A program made the position numbers and the translations under genes. 64,000 nucleotides of DNA from NCBI GenBank assembly GCA_963668645.2, contig CAXXWC010000003.1:150649-214648 (forward strand). The letters run 5' to 3'. This document shows, piece after piece, positions 60,113 to 64,000 of the stretch. Origin of the DNA: Desulfobacterales bacterium. GTDB lineage: Bacteria > Desulfobacterota > Desulfobacteria > Desulfobacterales > UBA2174. Positions within the stretch are counted from its first letter, which is position 1; each line of letters starts with the position of its first letter. Below the pieces are notes generated by a model. It saw nothing but the letters and a program-made list of their open reading frames with translations, was not told where the DNA came from and did not search any database.

Positions 60113-62026
60113 CTAGCTCGAACGACGCAGCTTTCTGACCTCGCCGACACGAATGGTGACGTTTTGCCCGTCGAAGTATTCGGCCAAGGGGATCAGATAC
60201 TTGCGCGAAACCCCGGTCATGTCCTTGAACTGCGGTGTGCTGATGTCACCGTTGGCTTTGAGAAAATCGACCAGGCGATCCCTGAGGGCATCGATGACCC
60301 GGTGATCGAAATAAAGGTCTTCCTTGACCTTGATCAGTTCTCCCGCATTGACCAGAAGCAGGAGCACATCCTTGGCCTGGGCAGGGGGGACGCCGGCCCC
60401 CTGGACCAGCTCCTTGAAATAGGGCGGCTGCAATCCGCCACTTCGGTAGGCCTCCAGGAACCGCCCCTGCAGCTCGCTCTGGTCGGCGGCCAAAGAGATG
60501 CGGTGATCGGCCAGGCGCACCGCATCTTCCTCGATCACCAGGTCCTGTTCCTTGCCCATCTGGTTGAGCACCAGGGTAAAGAGCTTGGGGCTGGCACCCC
60601 TGGGAAACTTGCTTCGAAGCTCCTCTTTGGGCATTCCGGCCTTGAGAGGATTGGCCTTGTGATAACGTGCCAGCACCGCCCGGCACTGATCCCTGAGGGC
60701 CTCGAAGCTGTCGCTATGGATGTATGTCTGCGGATCGCGGTCGATGAGCAGGGCTGCACGCCGGGACATGAGTTGGGCCAACACGCTTTCCAGGGCCTTG
60801 TCGGTCAGATTGGTCATCAATCGCAGGTGGCCCAGGCTAACCCCCTTGAAGGCGGCGGCCGCCAGACTCTGGGTCACCACGGTTTCGGCAGATCCCCCGT
60901 TCAAGGCGCCAAGAGCGGCCGACACCTCAACCCGGCCCCGCTTATGCTTGGCCGGAATGGGATTGAGCACCTTGCCGCCGGCCACGGTGCGTACCGGCGA
61001 ATAACTGCGCAGCACGTAGCGGTCGTCCTTGACCAGGGCCACCGGCGTGTCCAGGCGCAGTTGGGCCATCGCCTGTTCGCCGGGTTCGACTTCGTCGCGA
61101 TCCAGCAGCACCAATACGCCCAGCACCTCGCTGGTGCCGGTGTGAAAGCGCACCCGGACGCGGTTTTTGAGCGCCTTTTTGTTGCTGGCCAGGCAAAGCA
61201 GGGAAACGTCGACCATGTAGCTGGACGCCAGGGCCCCAGAGGTCGAAACCACCTCCCCGCGCTCCACGGCCGCCTTTTCCAGGCCCTGAAGATTGATGGC
61301 GGTGCGCTGGCCCACCAGGGCCTCTTCCACCGCAGCGTTGTGCACCTGGATCCCGCGCACCTTGCTGGTGAGCCCGGAAGGATAAAGCATCACGCTGTCG
61401 CCCACCCGCACCCGGCCGCTGCTCAGGGTGCCGGTGATCACCGTGCCGAAGCCCTTCATGGTAAAAACCCGGTCCACCGGGAGGCGGAACAGCCCGGTGG
61501 GTTCGCGTGAGGGCACATCAGTCGCCAGCCGGTCCAGGGTGGCGATAAAGTCCTCCAGCCCCTGGCCGGTCACCGCCGACACCGGCACGATGGGGGCCCC
61601 TTCAAGGAAGGTGCCGGCCAGGTAGTCCCTCACGTCCTCCTGGGCCAAGTCAAGCATTTCCGCATCGACCATGTCGATCTTGGTCAGGGCCACAAATCCG
61701 TGGTGTACCCCGAGCAGGGTGCAGATCTCCATATGCTCGCGGGTCTGGGGCATCACGCCTTCGTCGGCAGCGATCACCAGCACCACGATATCGATCCCGG
61801 TGGCCCCGGCCACCATGTTCTTGACGAATTTTTCGTGGCCGGGCACATCAACGATTCCGATACGCAACCCGCTGGGAAGATCCAGGACGGCAAAGCCGAG
61901 TTCGATGGTGATGCCGCGCAGCTGTTCTTCCTTGAGCCGGTCGGTGTTGATCCCGGTCAGGGCTTTGATCAGAGAAGTCTTCCCGTGGTCGATATGTCCG
62001 GCTGTGCCGAGGACGATCCGTTTCAT
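60113..62026 (-). CDS. selB: Selenocysteine-specific translation elongation factor
   Basis: Start at ATG 62026 ([25 protein letters not shown]). G-domain motifs DVPGHEKF and TKID. Long C-terminal winged-helix extension typical of SelB. The track ORF extension to 62287 is not supported. Confidence 0.9.
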   Translation of the reverse strand: MKRIVLGTAGHIDHGKTSLIKALTGINTDRLKEEQLRGITIELGFAVLDLPSGLRIGIVDVPGHEKFVKNMVAGATGIDIVVLVIAADEGVMPQTREHMEICTLLGVHHGFVALTKIDMVDAEMLDLAQEDVRDYLAGTFLEGAPIVPVSAVTGQGLEDFIATLDRLATDVPSREPTGLFRLPVDRVFTMKGFGTVITGTLSSGRVRVGDSVMLYPSGLTSKVRGIQVHNAAVEEALVGQRTAINLQGLEKAAVERGEVVSTSGALASSYMVDVSLLCLASNKKALKNRVRVRFHTGTSEVLGVLVLLDRDEVEPGEQAMAQLRLDTPVALVKDDRYVLRSYSPVRTVAGGKVLNPIPAKHKRGRVEVSAALGALNGGSAETVVTQSLAAAAFKGVSLGHLRLMTNLTDKALESVLAQLMSRRAALLIDRDPQTYIHSDSFEALRDQCRAVLARYHKANPLKAGMPKEELRSKFPRGASPKLFTLVLNQMGKEQDLVIEEDAVRLADHRISLAADQSELQGRFLEAYRSGGLQPPYFKELVQGAGVPPAQAKDVLLLLVNAGELIKVKEDLYFDHRVIDALRDRLVDFLKANGDISTPQFKDMTGVSRKYLIPLAEYFDGQNVTIRVGEVRKLRRSS

Positions 62027-62220
62027 GAATTTGATTTCGGCTCCCGGTCCCGATCCTGTCGCTTGCGACGCCAAGCCTCGGTAATATAGGCCATACCCAC
62101 CAGAAAAACGGCCAATCCGATGGCATAGCCGATCCCGGCGTGCGGATAGAAAAAACGCAGGAGCAGCACGGCAAAAACGACGCCGAGAACTGCACGGATG
62201 GCAAAGATCTGGTAGTGCAT
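62023..62220 (-). CDS. Small two-TM membrane protein, hypothetical
   Basis: ATG 62220 opens [55 protein letters not shown].... The stop overlaps the selB ATG (ATGA). Confidence 0.35.
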   Translation of the reverse strand: MHYQIFAIRAVLGVVFAVLLLRFFYPHAGIGYAIGLAVFLVGMAYITEAWRRKRQDRDREPKSNS

Positions 62221-62416
62221 CAACAGGTCCGTCCCGTGCGGCAATGCCCGCGGGCCTAGGCATCTTCATAGGATCGCCGGCCCGCATAAGCGGTTTAAGA
62301 TCGAAAAATACTGTCGGATCTTATAGTAGGATGACCTCCGGGGTCAATACCGAGAGGGCATGAGTTTTGCTCTTGCCAGTTTCTTCAGGGTCTGCTACAA
62401 GACCATTTTCGCTTGT

Positions 62417-62493
62417 GGTGGGTGTAGCTCAGTTGGTAGAGCACCGGGTTGTGGCCCCGGTTGTCGTGGGTTCAAGTCCCATCACTCACCCCA
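62417..62493 (+). tRNA. tRNA-His (anticodon GTG)
   Basis: GGTGGGTGTAGCTCAGTTGGTAGAGCACCGGGTTGTGGCCCCGGTTGTCGTGGGTTCAAGTCCCATCACTCACCCCA. It has the His-specific extra 5' G(-1) opposite C73, a cloverleaf that folds by hand, and an encoded CCA. Confidence 0.92.
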
Positions 62494-62510
62494 CTAAAAG
62501 CAAAGCCCCG

Positions 62511-62547
62511 GCAAGACCACGGTCCGAAGACCGTGGTCTTGCTTTTT
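62511..62547 (+). terminator. Rho-independent terminator after tRNA-His
   Basis: GCAAGACCACGGTC-CGAA-GACCGTGGTCTTGC (perfect 14-bp stem) followed by TTTTT. Confidence 0.6.
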
Positions 62548-62616
62548 CCTCTGGCGTGGGTTAACAGCAACAGACATTGAAAATCGGGACGGGTTCCTGC
62601 CCATCCCCCCCCCTTA

Positions 62617-62693
<77 letters not shown>

Positions 62694-62700
62694 GAAAATC

Positions 62701-62742
62701 AAGCGGTTACGGCATCACAAGCCGTAACCGCTTCTTTGTTTT
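62701..62742 (+). terminator. Rho-independent terminator after tRNA-Arg
   Basis: AAGCGGTTACGGC-loop-GCCGTAACCGCTT followed by CTTTGTTTT. Confidence 0.5.
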
Positions 62743-63439
62743 CCACCCTGTGCGACCGTTACAAAAAACGGCATCTTCCAGTTCTTGGCGGCGTTCTGGT
62801 GTATTTTCAATCCCCGAAATTGCCGACTATGCCTCCGGTGAAAAACTCCATTGAGCCTTGCCAGGAAACAAAATATAGAATTTCCTAACGGACATTATAT
62901 ATACTGCCATCGCAGGTCCTCATGCGATGTTGCAACCGATTTCAACTGCTCCCATATGCTCGAAATGTCCTGCTTTTCGCGCAGAGCAGCTATTCAATTC
63001 TTCCCGCCGTCCGACCCAATTTAAAGTCCAACGCTTTACGTCCTTTTGGTGAAATCAGCAGATCTTGGGTTCACCGAGAATTACTGTCCCATCTTGCCTT
63101 GAAGGGCCAAATACGATATAAATCGCCTTCTTTTCACAAATCCCACATCTTCGGGGTGCTTCTGGCCATGAAACAACCGATAGCGAAAAATTCAGCAGGA
63201 TTTCTCGGAACTCGGCACATTATAAAGGTAAAACGGTCGAATGGGGTCGGTGCCAGCCTGCATATCGAGCTATTTGGAGGTCGGCAGAGCCCCTACCACC
63301 GACCGCTGCACGAGTTGTTTGACCGGATCGGAGGTTCTCGCAAAGCAGATAGTTTCGGCGGCCATCCTATTATCGCCTGCTTGATTTGCACTATATCATA
63401 ATAGCGTATTGTACGCTGGGCCGTTCCAGGAGAAAATGA

Positions 63440-63790
63440 ATGCCAGAAAAAAAAGAAGCAATTAAGGCAAGAAGAACCCATTTGGATATGAAAATTTCAA
63501 TCTTTGATGTCCCACCATGTGGGGATGTTTTGGTTCTCGCAAAACATGCACCTGTCGGTCCCAAAGCCGCTCAGAAAATGATGGACACAATATGTCCAGG
63601 GTTATTTGAACTTGTGGAAATAGATGATGACATCATTGAGGCGCTTATCGTTAAACGCCAACTGTTCCTTATGGCTGACAAGCAATCGATAGTTAGCGCG
63701 ATCCTTGAGGAGACAAAGATCTTTATGTCTCCACAATTAATGGCCAAAATTGAAGTGGATATTAAAATATTGGTTTCCAAAGCCATATAG
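63440..63790 (+). CDS. Hypothetical protein in the low-GC segment
   Basis: 116-aa ORF with GGAGAAAATGA upstream. AT-rich codon usage unlike the rest of the window. No family recognised. Confidence 0.35.
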   Translation: MPEKKEAIKARRTHLDMKISIFDVPPCGDVLVLAKHAPVGPKAAQKMMDTICPGLFELVEIDDDIIEALIVKRQLFLMADKQSIVSAILEETKIFMSPQLMAKIEVDIKILVSKAI

Positions 63791-63800
63791 ATAGACAAGT

Positions 63801-64000
63801 ATGCTCAAGGCTATCGACATCGCTATCAAAAATATCCCTCGCATTGAATCCGATAGTTCGGTCGTTGATGCTCTCGAATTGATGCTACAAAGCAATACAA
63901 CGACATTATTTCTCTACGATGCAAAAACGTTTAAAGGTCCAATTTGCCGTGGCAATTTATCCGGTTATCCGCTCACCCGCCTTCTGATGGACTGCCCTTG
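63801..64000 (+). CDS. 5' part of a hypothetical gene running off the right edge (CBS-domain-like N-terminus, weak)
   Basis: ATG 63801 opens MLKAIDIAIKNIPRIESDSSVVDALELMLQSNTTTLFLYDAKTFKGPICRGNL... and is open to the window end, 10 nt after the previous stop. Confidence 0.3.
   Translation, partial: MLKAIDIAIKNIPRIESDSSVVDALELMLQSNTTTLFLYDAKTFKGPICRGNLSGYPLTRLLMDCP

Noticed and set aside
62027-62287. N-terminal extensions of track ORFs (selB to 62287; likewise hldE to 46297, the aminotransferase to 49850, the kinase to 20631, the MFP from 9342, and cas2 to 32031)
   Set aside because: The extensions overlap upstream genes or lack an RBS, and they precede the conserved family N-termini. Internal ATGs with Shine-Dalgarno motifs fit better.
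62922-63401. 159-aa plus-strand ORF just after the tRNA-Arg terminator
   Set aside because: It has no RBS, an odd composition and no motifs. All three frames of the opposite strand show only 25-45-codon fragments. The stretch looks like decayed or non-coding island-border DNA rather than a gene or an integrase remnant I can recognise.

Overview
GC-rich (by eye about 60-65%) chromosomal segment with a Desulfobacterota-like gene set: sigma-54 regulation, 2-oxoacid:ferredoxin oxidoreductase, SelB, and hybrid kinases with periplasmic solute-binding domains. Housekeeping and transport genes occupy the left third (1-22.8 kb) and the right third (44.1-62.7 kb). The middle 21 kb is one large type I-E CRISPR-Cas locus, entirely on the minus strand. 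It holds an 8.3-kb array of 137 repeats of 29 nt (136 spacers), a 61-bp AT-rich leader, then cas2-cas1-[Bro-N/DinD-like gene]-cas6e-cas5-cas7-cse2-cse1-cas3. The locus departs from canonical I-E in four ways. (1) A frameshifted Bro-N/DinD-like gene sits between cas6e and cas1 and shares an ATGA overlap with cas1. (2) Two extra genes are translationally coupled upstream of cas3: a four-helix-bundle (Avd/23S-IVS-like) protein with a topoisomerase-type zinc finger, and a crippled DEDDh (DnaQ-like) exonuclease. (3) A WYL-domain regulator lies upstream of those two genes. (4) Decayed type I-C-like 32-nt repeats adjoin the trailer end, including one repeat that looks like an I-C/I-E chimera. Other notable items are a sigma-54 module (membrane-anchored activator divergent from a TauE-type exporter operon with a good -24/-12 promoter), an RND tripartite efflux operon, and a sharp drop in GC right after a tRNA-His/tRNA-Arg pair at the right edge, which may be the start of an island. 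All family calls come from reading motifs in the supplied translations; no database search was run.
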